From: Armatimonadota bacterium
GTDB taxonomy: Bacteria > Armatimonadota > HRBIN16
Direction of reading: 5' to 3'
DNA: 64,000 nt
Assembly: GCA_963677485.1 (NCBI GenBank)
Contig: OY781964.1
Coordinates: 3,680,001-3,744,000, forward strand
In this document: piece after piece, positions 9,342 through 19,158 of the stretch
Numbering within the stretch: position 1 is the stretch's first letter
Layout: the number at the start of each line of letters is the position of its first letter
Notes under the pieces: model-generated
Told to the model about the DNA's origin: nothing
The model's database searches: none
Seen by the model: the letters and a program-made list of their open reading frames with translations, nothing else
Program-made: the position numbers and the translations under genes

Positions 9342-11273
9342 ATGAGCGGATGGAGTATTGATATCGCGTGTGACGGGCGAATTACGCTGGCGCATTCCAA
9401 CGGAAGCAAGCTTACGGGCTTGTTACCAAGTGTGACGGTGGCAGGTCAGTGCCACCAACCGGACAGTTTATGGAGTTATGACATCTGGGAGGGCGGAGTC
9501 ACCTACACCCTGCCGGGAGTGATGACACTAAAAACTAGTATCGATATCATTTGTGAAGAATGGCTATCGATTGATACCACCGTAGCCAATACAAGTGCAG
9601 ACCCGCTGCCGCTTGACACCGTTACGGTGTTGTCAGGCCAGTTCCAGGCGCCTGTGCGCTGGGTGCTGCAGAACGGGAATGACATGTGCGGAGACAACGC
9701 GCTGGTGGCCATTCGTGACACGAACTACAGCCGCTCTATGATCGGCTTCACGGATGCCGAGGGCGATTGCGCGATGGTGTTGGGTTTCGTGGAGCTGGGT
9801 GAGGCGTTCAATGAACTCACAACCAAAGGTGTGGATGGACAGCTCTCTGCGATCACCTGCTCTGTGCTGCGGGAGGGCGTCGCGCTGGAACCATCGGAAA
9901 GCCTGACCGTCAGCCCATTGACAATCGGTGCGGGTGAGTCTCTGCGCGGGCTGCTTGCCGAATATACTGAAGCTGTCGCAGAGGGAATGGGTGCCCGAAT
10001 TCCTGACGATATCATGACGGGCTGGTGCAGTTGGTATTACTATTACGGTACCGAGTGCGAAACCGAAGTGATGGAGAACGCGAAGCTGCTGAGCGAGGCG
10101 CCATTTGCCGATGAACTGAAAGTCATTCAGATAGATGATGGCTGGACCTACCCCTCACCGGAGATCGGCCGCGACTGGGGTGACTGGCAGGCGGGATACA
10201 AGTTCCCCAACGGGATGAAGCACACCGCAGATGCTTTGAAGTCGCTGGGCCTGCAGCCGGGACTGTGGCTGGCTCCGTTCAGCGTGATGCCCACCAGTAA
10301 CTTCTACAAGGAACACCCAGACTGGCTGGTTCAAGACCCTGTCAAAGACGAACCCATCATGGCATGGGGCTGTTACGGGATGGACCTGACCAACCCTCGC
10401 ACGCTGGAGTACATCCGGGACACCTTTGTGCGGGTGTTCGACGAGTGGGGATTTGAGTATATCAAGATCGACTTCCTGGTGCATGGCATCATGCCTGGCA
10501 GACGCTATGACCCCAGCCAGACCACCGCACAGGCCTTCCGAACGGCCATGCAGGTGATCCGTGATGTGGCTGGCGACCGGTTCATCTTGAATTGCGGCAG
10601 TCCGATGGGCCCATCGGTGGGCATCGCGGACGCGATGCGGATCGGCTACGACGTGTCCAGCCGTTGGAGCATCCCCATGAATGTCGATGGCTGGCCGAAT
10701 GGCAACTGCGCGGTCAAACCGGCTGCTGTGGCTACCATCTGGCGGCACTGGATGCACAACGCGTGGTGGCAGAACGACCCCGACTGCCTGCAGGTGCGTA
10801 CGCATGGCAGCCCCGGCGAAATCGCCGTGTTCGCCAAGGAGTGGGAAGGTAAGTTCGATGGTAACCCTCCGTATGGCTTGAACGACGAGGAGGCTGGCTG
10901 CTGGCTGCGAATGATCTGGTTTACCGGCGGACTTGTGATGCTCAGCGAGCATCTGGCCGACCTTGAGCCAGAGCGATATGAGCTGCTGCAGAAGCTCTTC
11001 CCGTTGAACAAACGCCCCACCGGCTGGGCCGATTACTACCCCTGCCCGGATGTGGTGGTGATGAAGAGCCTGGACGATGACAATGTGATGGTGGGCGTGT
11101 TCAACATGGGTGACACCCCTGTGCAGTTGACCGTGCCAGCAGATAAACTGGGCCTGTCAGATGAGTGGCACCTCACGGAGTGGCTTGACAATGAGGAGAT
11201 CGCGGGATCGGGCGCGCAGGTTGTGTTCCCCGAGCTGCCCGCCCACGGCGGCCGCATCTGGTTTGCCGGATAA
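9342..11273 (+). CDS. Alpha-galactosidase-like glycoside hydrolase (GH36)
   Basis: GWCSWY, IQIDDGW, KFPNG, GLWLAPF, IKIDF, MRIGYD, NDPD. AGGAGG RBS. Confidence 0.88.
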   Translation: MSGWSIDIACDGRITLAHSNGSKLTGLLPSVTVAGQCHQPDSLWSYDIWEGGVTYTLPGVMTLKTSIDIICEEWLSIDTTVANTSADPLPLDTVTVLSGQFQAPVRWVLQNGNDMCGDNALVAIRDTNYSRSMIGFTDAEGDCAMVLGFVELGEAFNELTTKGVDGQLSAITCSVLREGVALEPSESLTVSPLTIGAGESLRGLLAEYTEAVAEGMGARIPDDIMTGWCSWYYYYGTECETEVMENAKLLSEAPFADELKVIQIDDGWTYPSPEIGRDWGDWQAGYKFPNGMKHTADALKSLGLQPGLWLAPFSVMPTSNFYKEHPDWLVQDPVKDEPIMAWGCYGMDLTNPRTLEYIRDTFVRVFDEWGFEYIKIDFLVHGIMPGRRYDPSQTTAQAFRTAMQVIRDVAGDRFILNCGSPMGPSVGIADAMRIGYDVSSRWSIPMNVDGWPNGNCAVKPAAVATIWRHWMHNAWWQNDPDCLQVRTHGSPGEIAVFAKEWEGKFDGNPPYGLNDEEAGCWLRMIWFTGGLVMLSEHLADLEPERYELLQKLFPLNKRPTGWADYYPCPDVVVMKSLDDDNVMVGVFNMGDTPVQLTVPADKLGLSDEWHLTEWLDNEEIAGSGAQVVFPELPAHGGRIWFAG

Positions 11274-11277
11274 CGCA

Positions 11278-11493
11278 ATCGTAGGGGCATAGCGTGCGGT
11301 GCCCTGCCCGGGTTCCTAACCGCGGATCGACGCGGATGAACACGGATGGGATGTGTCACGCGAAGGCGCAAGGGGGCATCCCGCTATTCGTGATCGGTCC
11401 GATGACCGGAATGTCTGAACCACGGATTACGCGGATGGCACGGATAGGCTCGGATATGGAGGGAGGCCAATCGGGAGATTGGCGTGCCCAGGG
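11278..11493. repeat. Composite REP-like dispersed repeat, family A copy 2
   Basis: GTAGGGGC...GTGCCCTG head, CGGAT units, GCCAATCGGGAGATTGGC hairpin; homologous to 5044-5220. Confidence 0.85.
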
Positions 11494-11530
11494 AGGCCGA
11501 AACGCCACAATTGATACAAACAAAGGCAGG

Positions 11531-14170
11531 ATGGAAATGACCAAATACAAAATGCACGTGATCTCGCACACTCACTGGGACAGGGAGTGGTATTACACCT
11601 TCCAGCAGTTTCGGCTGCGGCTGGTAGACCTGGTCGACCATCTGCTGGAAATACTAGACACCGACCCCGAGTTCAAGTATTTCAACTTGGACGGTCAGAC
11701 CATCGTGCTGGAGGACTACCTTGCGATCCGTCCGCAAAACGAGGGTAAGCTCAGAAAATACATTCAGGAAGGCCGGATCCTAGTCGGCCCTTGGTACCAG
11801 TTGAATGACGAAAATCTGGTGAGCGGGGAGTCGACCGTCCGTAGTCTACTGATAGGCCATCGGATCGCCGCCGACTTTGGTGGTGTGATGAAGCTGGGTT
11901 ACCTTCCGGACCAGTTTGGCAACATCTCGCAGATGCCGCAGATATTCCGGGGGTTTGGCATCGATGGAGTGATCTTCGGCCGTGGCCGGCAGATCGCATC
12001 GGCTGATGACAAGATGGAGGCGGTCTGGGTATCACCCGACGGCTCAGAGGTGATCTCATCGCTGATGGCTCACTGGTACAACAACGCCCAGAGGTTCCCA
12101 AACCCCACATTGGCCGCCCTAGCCTACACGGAGCGTATCCGTAACGCTATGGCGCCGATTGCCGCGACACCTTATCTGCTGCTGATGAACGGCGTGGACC
12201 ACCTGGAAGCGCAGCCCGACCTGGGCGATATCCTGCCGCGACTGTCGAAAGTGCTGAAAGATGACGAGATCATCCACTCCACCATGCCGGCCTACATGGA
12301 TGATGTCAAGCACTACATCAAGACACATAACATCGCCCTGCAGCGCGTCCAAGGTGAGCTGCGTGAAGACCGGGGCGGCAGCGTTCTGGCCGGCACACTT
12401 TCGAGCCGGATGTATCTCAAGCAGGCCAACAACCGCTCCGAAACCTGGCTGGAGCGGTATGCGGAGCCGCTGTCGGCATTCTCAATGGCGGTGGGTGGCG
12501 AGTACCATGCCGATATGCTGCGATATGCATGGAAGCTGCTGATGCAAAATCACCCTCATGACTCCATCTGCGGCTGCAGCCTGGATCAGGTTCATGATGA
12601 GATGATGCCGCGCTTTCTGCAGGTCGACCAGATCGCCGATGAGTTGAGCCAGAGGAGCCTGTCGTGTATCGCGTCGCAGATCAACACCGAAGCGGAAAGC
12701 CTGGTGGTGTTCAATACACTGGCTTGGACACGCACCGACAAAGTTGTGGCTCAGATCGACATCCGGCTTGGTGATTTGAGCCGAGGTACCCCGGAAATCG
12801 ACAAGTCACGTGATGTCCATGCCTTTGAGCTATTTGATAGTGATGGCCAGAGCGTGCCCTTCAAACTGCTGCGTAACCAGGTGACCGCCAGGCAGATCAC
12901 CGACCCGCATGAACTACCGATGGCTGTGATGGTGCGGGCGTTTGAGATCGAGTTTATAGCCGCTGAAGTGCCGTCCTGTGGATACAAGAGCTATTCAATC
13001 AAGCCGACACGCCGGTGGCCGGTGGCAAGCCAGAATGCATTCGCGTTCAGCTTTGAGGACAACAGCATCTCCAACGGGTTGTTGACCATCCGCCCCTCCC
13101 ATGGCGGCATCGCAATATACGATGAGAGCGCCTCTTCTGACGATGAGCTCTTCTTTGATGCGTTGGGGATGATTGAAGACGGCGGAGACGTGGGTGATGA
13201 GTATAATTATGTCAATCCGCTGAACGACCGTTTGGTGCTTGACAGCGGCGAGGGCACCATCTCGCTGGTAGACAACAGCCCCGCCTCTATGAGTATCGTG
13301 CGCGATTCCGTCTTGAAGCTGCCGAAGACATCCAATAGCCAGAAGCGAGCTTCGGAGACCGTCGATTGCGCGGTGCGGACCACCTACACGCTCGCCGCAG
13401 GGGCTACTCGGGTGGATGTGGTCACCACTATTGAGAACATGGCTGAGGATCATAGACTGCGTGTGGTGTTCCCGACCGGCGTGGCCAGCGACGTGGCCTA
13501 TGCTGAGATGCCATATGATGTGGTTGCCCGGTCTATCCATGTGCCGGAGGACTGGCATGGAGCATCGAGCTTCTTCCCTCAGCGTCACTGGGTTGACGTG
13601 AATGACGGCGTCCGCGGCTTGACGATCATCAACAAGGGGCTTCCAGAGTATGAAATCTATGACCTCGGCACCAACAGCATCGCTTTGACGCTGCTTCGAT
13701 GTGTTGGTAAGCTCAGCGGCACAGGGGACACCCCCACCGCCATCCCAACGCCAGGTGCGCAGTGCAAGGGCAACAATCGCTTCGAGTATGCGATCTACCC
13801 TCATGCCGGAACATGGCAGCAAGCGCAGGTTTGGCGGCAAGCCCATGCTCACAACGTGCCTATGGCGAGCGTCCAGACGGCTGCACACAGCGGAACACTG
13901 TCCGCATCGCTCAGCTTTATTGAGGTGAGTGAGACAGGGATGGTTGTCACCGCGATCAAGAAGGCGGAAGACAACGGGGCTACTGTGATCAGGCTGTTCA
14001 ACATCCTGGACGAACCGGTCAGCAATGCCAGAGTGCGGCTGCATGGCGCTTCAAAGGCCGCACTGGTAGACCTCAATGAGTGCCATTTGCATGAGCTGGC
14101 GGTCGATGATGGCGGCTGGGTGTCGGTTGATGCCGGTCCGAAGCAGATTGTGAGCATCGCGTTCGAATAG
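11531..14170 (+). CDS. Alpha-mannosidase (GH38)
   Basis: SHTHWDREW, LDGQ, PDQFG, HPHDSICGCS, LTLLRCVG. Real start about 11531/11537; the longer ORF prefix runs through a repeat. Confidence 0.93.
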   Translation: MEMTKYKMHVISHTHWDREWYYTFQQFRLRLVDLVDHLLEILDTDPEFKYFNLDGQTIVLEDYLAIRPQNEGKLRKYIQEGRILVGPWYQLNDENLVSGESTVRSLLIGHRIAADFGGVMKLGYLPDQFGNISQMPQIFRGFGIDGVIFGRGRQIASADDKMEAVWVSPDGSEVISSLMAHWYNNAQRFPNPTLAALAYTERIRNAMAPIAATPYLLLMNGVDHLEAQPDLGDILPRLSKVLKDDEIIHSTMPAYMDDVKHYIKTHNIALQRVQGELREDRGGSVLAGTLSSRMYLKQANNRSETWLERYAEPLSAFSMAVGGEYHADMLRYAWKLLMQNHPHDSICGCSLDQVHDEMMPRFLQVDQIADELSQRSLSCIASQINTEAESLVVFNTLAWTRTDKVVAQIDIRLGDLSRGTPEIDKSRDVHAFELFDSDGQSVPFKLLRNQVTARQITDPHELPMAVMVRAFEIEFIAAEVPSCGYKSYSIKPTRRWPVASQNAFAFSFEDNSISNGLLTIRPSHGGIAIYDESASSDDELFFDALGMIEDGGDVGDEYNYVNPLNDRLVLDSGEGTISLVDNSPASMSIVRDSVLKLPKTSNSQKRASETVDCAVRTTYTLAAGATRVDVVTTIENMAEDHRLRVVFPTGVASDVAYAEMPYDVVARSIHVPEDWHGASSFFPQRHWVDVNDGVRGLTIINKGLPEYEIYDLGTNSIALTLLRCVGKLSGTGDTPTAIPTPGAQCKGNNRFEYAIYPHAGTWQQAQVWRQAHAHNVPMASVQTAAHSGTLSASLSFIEVSETGMVVTAIKKAEDNGATVIRLFNILDEPVSNARVRLHGASKAALVDLNECHLHELAVDDGGWVSVDAGPKQIVSIAFE

Positions 14171-14175
14171 CTGGG

Positions 14176-14260
14176 AAGGAGTTAGGAGTGTAGGAGGGAA
14201 GGAGACAAGGTATTGGCATCCGACATGTCCTACTCGTCTTACTCGTCTGACATATCCTAC
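14176..14260. repeat. 9-nt periodic inverted repeat, family F copy 1
   Basis: AAGGAGTTAGGAG... then GTCCTACTC GTCTTACTC GTCTGACAT ATCCTAC; homologous to 53078-53164. Confidence 0.75.
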
Positions 14261-14383
14261 TGGTATGGGAGGGCAGCCAGCCCGCTCACACAGGACTGTC
14301 AAGGATAACATCACAGATTGGTTACTATCAGCCAGAAAATGAGGCGTAATGAGGTAATCTATAAGTGACCGAACCCGGTAAGA

Positions 14384-15397
14384 ATGGTGGTATCTCCCTT
14401 GGACAATGAAAATCTTGTGCCTGTAAATGGCCGGTTGCGACGGCTTCGCCGCAACGAAAATCTGCGGCGGATGGTTCGCGAGACCCACGTCAGGATTGAT
14501 GATCTGGTCTATCCTGTGTTTGTGGTGGAGGGCGAAAACCAGAAGCAGCCCATCGAATCAATGCCTGGGCAGTATCGTTGGAGCGTTGACCGCTTGCCAG
14601 AGCTGCTGTCACAAGTGACCAAGGCGGGCATACCCGCTGTATTGCTGTTCGGAATACCTATTCACACTACGCCCACCGGAAAAGGTTGTTTGGATGCGAA
14701 AGGCCCAGTGCCGATGGCGATACACGCTATCCAACAATGGCATCCAGATTTAGTTGTCATCACGGATGTGTGTGTTTGTGCCTACACGGATCATGGGCAT
14801 TGTGGCGTTCTTGATGGTAACCAGATAGACAACGACGCATCGGTCGAGTTGCTTGCGGAGATGGCGCTCATCCACGCGCAGGCGGGAGCTGATGTGGTGG
14901 CTCCCAGTGCCATGATGGATGGACAGATTGCGGCGATACGCCACCGTCTCGACAGTCATGACTTTTTGAACGTCAGCGTGATGGCGTATGCCGCGAAGTT
15001 TGCCAGTGCTTTTTATGGACCCTTCCGCGAGGCGGCGCATTCGGCACCGGCTTTTGGCGATCGTCGCAGTTACCAGATGGATCCCCCTAATGCGCGAGAA
15101 GCGGAGCTGGAGCTTCGTCAGGATGAGTCCGAAGGGGCTGACTGGCTGATGGTGAAACCTGGGCTGGCTTATCTTGATCTGGTGGCGATGGCACGCCGTG
15201 TCACGCAACACCCTGTTGTTGTCTACAACGTCAGCGGCGAATATGCCATGGTGAAGGCGGCTGCTCAGAATGGCTGGATTGATGAACGAAAAGTTGTGAT
15301 GGAGACGATGGTCGCTTTCAAGCGCGCTGGTGCCGATGTCATCATTACATACCATGCCCTGGATGTTGCCAGATGGCTGAAAGGTGAAGAAGAATGA
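14384..15397 (+). CDS. hemB: Porphobilinogen synthase (ALA dehydratase)
   Basis: RLRRLR, DVCVCAYTDHGHCG (Zn type), APSAMMDG, SAFYGPFREAA, MVKP, YNVSGEY. Confidence 0.97.
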   Translation: MVVSPLDNENLVPVNGRLRRLRRNENLRRMVRETHVRIDDLVYPVFVVEGENQKQPIESMPGQYRWSVDRLPELLSQVTKAGIPAVLLFGIPIHTTPTGKGCLDAKGPVPMAIHAIQQWHPDLVVITDVCVCAYTDHGHCGVLDGNQIDNDASVELLAEMALIHAQAGADVVAPSAMMDGQIAAIRHRLDSHDFLNVSVMAYAAKFASAFYGPFREAAHSAPAFGDRRSYQMDPPNAREAELELRQDESEGADWLMVKPGLAYLDLVAMARRVTQHPVVVYNVSGEYAMVKAAAQNGWIDERKVVMETMVAFKRAGADVIITYHALDVARWLKGEEE

Positions 15398-16455
15398 GAC
15401 CCCCACACGGAGCTTTTGACCCCACCGAACGGCCAATGATGCTGTATTGGGAATTGACTCGCGCCTGCGAGCTTTCGTGCCGGCACTGCCGCGCAGAGGC
15501 ACAGAAGTCACGGCATCCTGATGAGTTGAGCACCGAAGAGGGTCTGCAGCTCATCAAACAGATCGGGCAGTTTGGTGACCCCTTGCCGCACGTGGTCATC
15601 ACTGGCGGCGATCCGTTGAAGCGGCCCGATCTGTGGGTGTTCATCGACGCTCTGATAGAGCAGGGGATCAGCACCGCCATCACACCCAGCGGAACTTATG
15701 CCATCAACCCTGAGGTAGTGTCGCAGTTCAGGCAGCACGGCATCTGGATGGTCAGTATGAGTATTGATGGCAGCAACCCGGAGCGGCATGATGGCATCCG
15801 ACAGGTGCCTGGCAGCTTCGCACAGACGGTTCAGGCGTGTGAATGGTGCCGTGAGCAGGGACTGCCCATGCAGATGAACACCCTGGTTTGCCAGCAGACC
15901 CTGGATGACCTCCCCATGATCTATGAGCTCATGAAGCAGTTTGGTGCCGCTCGGTGGAGCCTGTTCTTCTTGATTCAAGTAGGGCGTGGTAAGGGTTTGG
16001 AAGAGATCACACCCGCGCAGGCGGAACAGCTCATGCACACTCTGTATGGATGGGCCAAGGAAGGTCCGATGGTCATCAAGACCACAGAGGCACCCTTCTA
16101 CCGGCGGGTGGCTTTGCAAAGTGACCTTCAGAACGAATCGGCTGCAGTGAAGGGCTCCATCAACCGAGGGATGGGCATTCGTGATGGCTGCGGTGTGATG
16201 TTCATTTCGCATCTGGGTGAAGTTTTCCCCAGTGGATTCGTGCCTGTGGTGGCGGGGAATGTGCGCGACAAGAGCCCTGTTGATATCTATCGCGAAGCCG
16301 ATCTGTTCCAAAGACTACGCGACATGAACAACCTGAAGGGTAAATGCGGCCGGTGCTCATATAAGCACCAATGCGGCGGCAGCCGTGCCCGGGCGTTGGC
16401 ATATACAGGCGACGTGCTTGAGAGTGATCCGCTTTGCCCCTATCAGCCGGAGTAA
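15394..16455 (+). CDS. Radical SAM/SPASM protein (NirJ/AhbD/TIGR04053-like)
   Basis: WELTRACELSCRHC, TGGDP, C-terminal CGRC...CGGSRARA...DPLC. ATGA overlap with hemB. Confidence 0.9.
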   Translation: MRPPHGAFDPTERPMMLYWELTRACELSCRHCRAEAQKSRHPDELSTEEGLQLIKQIGQFGDPLPHVVITGGDPLKRPDLWVFIDALIEQGISTAITPSGTYAINPEVVSQFRQHGIWMVSMSIDGSNPERHDGIRQVPGSFAQTVQACEWCREQGLPMQMNTLVCQQTLDDLPMIYELMKQFGAARWSLFFLIQVGRGKGLEEITPAQAEQLMHTLYGWAKEGPMVIKTTEAPFYRRVALQSDLQNESAAVKGSINRGMGIRDGCGVMFISHLGEVFPSGFVPVVAGNVRDKSPVDIYREADLFQRLRDMNNLKGKCGRCSYKHQCGGSRARALAYTGDVLESDPLCPYQPE

Positions 16456-16458
16456 ATC

Positions 16459-17136
16459 ATGTGCGGTAGATTCACCATGTACGTGAATGATGAGGTGCTG
16501 AAGAGCCTGTATGAACTGACAGACCTGCCCACCATCATGCCCAGGTATAACATCGCCCCAGTGCAGCCAGTAGGGGTCGTGCGAGCTAACCGCGACAGGC
16601 ATGTGCGCGAGTTCCTGTATACGGTCTGGGGACTGATACCCGCATTTGCCAAACAAGCCGACTTTCGGCACGCCTCCATTAATGCCCGAGCGGAGACGGT
16701 GATGGAAAAGGCCAGCTTCCGCAGCAGCTTCCGGCACCATCGCTGTCTGGTCCCCGCTAGTGGATTCTACGAATGGCAGGGGAAACAGCCATACCATTTC
16801 ACGATGGCCGATGGGTCCCCCATGAGCCTCGGAGGGATCACCGCCACATGGTGCAGTGATGATGGGAGTATCCTGGAGACCTGTGCAATCATCACCACAC
16901 AGGCCAATGAACTGATGGCTCCCATACATGACCGAATGCCGGTGATCATTCAGCCAGAACACTTCGAACGCTGGCTTGACCCTGAGATGCAACTACCGAG
17001 GCTGGTGAGCGACTTGCTGGCACCCGTGCCCGCGGAAATGCTTTGTAAACAAGCTGCGAACCCGCTAGTCAACAGTGTGAAGTATGAGGGTGCCGATTTA
17101 CTGGCTCCTGCCCCTATCCAAGGTAGCCTGTTTTAA
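16459..17136 (+). CDS. SOS response-associated peptidase (SRAP/YedK/HMCES)
   Basis: N-terminal MCGRF, RYNIAP, WGLIP, INARAET, GFYEW, HDRMPV. Confidence 0.95.
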   Translation: MCGRFTMYVNDEVLKSLYELTDLPTIMPRYNIAPVQPVGVVRANRDRHVREFLYTVWGLIPAFAKQADFRHASINARAETVMEKASFRSSFRHHRCLVPASGFYEWQGKQPYHFTMADGSPMSLGGITATWCSDDGSILETCAIITTQANELMAPIHDRMPVIIQPEHFERWLDPEMQLPRLVSDLLAPVPAEMLCKQAANPLVNSVKYEGADLLAPAPIQGSLF

Positions 17137-17262
17137 GCCGATTTCCGTCGATTTCACCGAATTCATGATAAAACGCTTATGAATCGTGACACGAGTGGGT
17201 ATGATTAAGCCATGGTGTCTGTTTTTTAGCGATTACCACACATGAATCGGAGGATCGTACCA

Positions 17263-18795
17263 ATGCTGGTGAAGGTGTTGTCCGGCACAGTACATGGCAT
17301 GGTGCCGTATACCATTGAGGTGGAAGTCAATCTGGGCGCAGGGGTGATCGATTGGTTGATCGTGGGATTGCCAGATCGTGCTGTTCAGGAATCCTGTACC
17401 CGCGTGATGCAAGCCATCCGTAATAGTCAGCTTCATATGCCCCCTCGGCGTGTCATCGTCAACCTCGCTCCTGCCGATCTCCGCAAAGAAGGCCCTGCTT
17501 TTGACCTGCCTATCGCACTTGGCGTGCTGGCTTCCTCTGGGCAGTTGCGCGTGGATATGCTGGAGGAGAGCATCATCATGGGTGAGCTCAGCCTGGACGG
17601 CAGTCTGCGCAGTGTCAGCGGAGTGCTGCCCGTAGCCATTCACGCCCGTGAGAAGGGGATGAAGCGGTTGATCGTTCCGCTGGCGAACGCTCAGGAAGCC
17701 GCGGTGGTGGGCAACATCCAGATTATCCCTGTAGAGCGCATCGAGCATGTGGTCGAATTCCTGAATGGTGGGAATAACATCGAGCCGATGCAGCTAGATC
17801 CCGAGGAAGTGCTGCAGATGGAGAGCCATGAGGAGCTCGATTTTGCAGATGTGAAGGGACAGATGCAGGTCAAGCGGGCTCTTGAGGTGGCTGCCGCCGG
17901 CGGGCATAATGTGCTGATGATCGGCCCTCCCGGCAGCGGTAAAACTATGCTGGCCCGACGCTTCCCCGGCATCCTGCCGCGCATGACCGTTCAAGAGGCG
18001 ATTGACACCACCAAGATATACAGCGTCGCGGGGCTGCTTCAAGCGCACAGTGGTCTGGTGTCACGCCGACCATTCCGATCACCGCACCATACCAGCTCCA
18101 ACGCCGCGCTTGTGGGGGGCGGCACCATCCCACGGCCAGGCGAGGTCAGCTTGGCCCACAACGGGGTACTATTCCTTGATGAGCTGCCGGAGTTTAAGCG
18201 TGATGTTCTTGAGGTGTTGCGGCAACCACTGGAAGACGGCATTGTGAGCATCGCCCGCGTCCAGGCCAGTCTGGAGTTCCCAGCCCGCTTTATGCTGGTG
18301 GCGGCGATGAATCCCTGCCCATGCGGCTATTTTGGTGACACGACGCGTGCGTGCAATTGTGGCGAATACGCGATACGGCGGTATCAACAGCGGATATCAG
18401 GACCCTTACTCGACCGGATTGACATTCATGTTGAGGTGCCACGGTTGACTCAGGATGACCTTCTGGGCGGCAAGCAGGGCGAATCATCTTCTGCCATCCG
18501 CAACCGTGTTTTGGCGGCGAGGGATAAGCAGCTGCAGCGGATGAGTGCGTCTGGAGTAACTTGCAATGCGCACATGAGTACCAAACAGACCAAGGAGTTC
18601 TGTGTGCTCAGCGATGATGTGAAGGCGATGCTGCGCCATATTGCGAACAGTATGGGCATCAGCGGTCGGGCCTTCGACCGCATCATACGGCTGGGGCGCA
18701 CCATCGCGGATTTGGCAGATTCCGATGACATCACCGTGGCACACATAGCGGAAGCGGTGCAATATCGAAGCCTGGATCGTAAAATTTGGTATTAA
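17263..18795 (+). CDS. comM: YifB/ComM family Mg-chelatase-like AAA+ ATPase
   Basis: VNLAPA, GPPGSGKTM, PHH, GEVSLAHNGVLFLDE, NPCPCG, SGPLLDRID. Confidence 0.95.
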   Translation: MLVKVLSGTVHGMVPYTIEVEVNLGAGVIDWLIVGLPDRAVQESCTRVMQAIRNSQLHMPPRRVIVNLAPADLRKEGPAFDLPIALGVLASSGQLRVDMLEESIIMGELSLDGSLRSVSGVLPVAIHAREKGMKRLIVPLANAQEAAVVGNIQIIPVERIEHVVEFLNGGNNIEPMQLDPEEVLQMESHEELDFADVKGQMQVKRALEVAAAGGHNVLMIGPPGSGKTMLARRFPGILPRMTVQEAIDTTKIYSVAGLLQAHSGLVSRRPFRSPHHTSSNAALVGGGTIPRPGEVSLAHNGVLFLDELPEFKRDVLEVLRQPLEDGIVSIARVQASLEFPARFMLVAAMNPCPCGYFGDTTRACNCGEYAIRRYQQRISGPLLDRIDIHVEVPRLTQDDLLGGKQGESSSAIRNRVLAARDKQLQRMSASGVTCNAHMSTKQTKEFCVLSDDVKAMLRHIANSMGISGRAFDRIIRLGRTIADLADSDDITVAHIAEAVQYRSLDRKIWY

Positions 18796-19158
18796 CAACC
18801 ACGCAGTTTGCACGAAATTACCAGTAAACACCATGAAAATTTTATCCGCATTGACGGCAATGCTTGAATTATTGTAACTATTGCGCTACATTGGTATTTG
18901 CGATCATCCCAGAATGTATATCTATAAGGCTGTATATCTGTATGTAAGATAGGAAGACCTTCATAGAAAACAATACATTTTAGGAAAGCAACCGGGAGTT
19001 CCGACTGTTCTAGCGTCAGGATTGCCCTGCGGCAGTAACGTGGACAAAATGTTTCTGCAGCATCTACAGTTTCTGTGTCGTTGATTTATAACTGACCACT
19101 GGTTTGCAGGCTGTGTGTCTGCTCATCAGTCTCATAGAATTACTTAGGAGGCTATCAT

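Noticed and set aside
11294-11530. 79-aa N-terminal extension of GH38 (likewise 49833-49949 and 32347-32424)
   Set aside because: These are open frames running through repeats or leader DNA; better starts lie downstream.
12995-14044. 349-aa minus-strand ORF (and similar ones at 10155, 14750, 15508, 46719)
   Set aside because: Antisense to clear enzyme genes, with no recognisable protein features.
15394-16455. RiPP maturase interpretation of the radical SAM/SPASM gene
   Set aside because: No adjacent precursor peptide, RRE domain or exporter; coupling to hemB favours tetrapyrrole chemistry.
18980-19140. Known riboswitch
   Set aside because: I could not match conserved cores of c-di-GMP, TPP, SAM, cobalamin or FMN riboswitches by eye.
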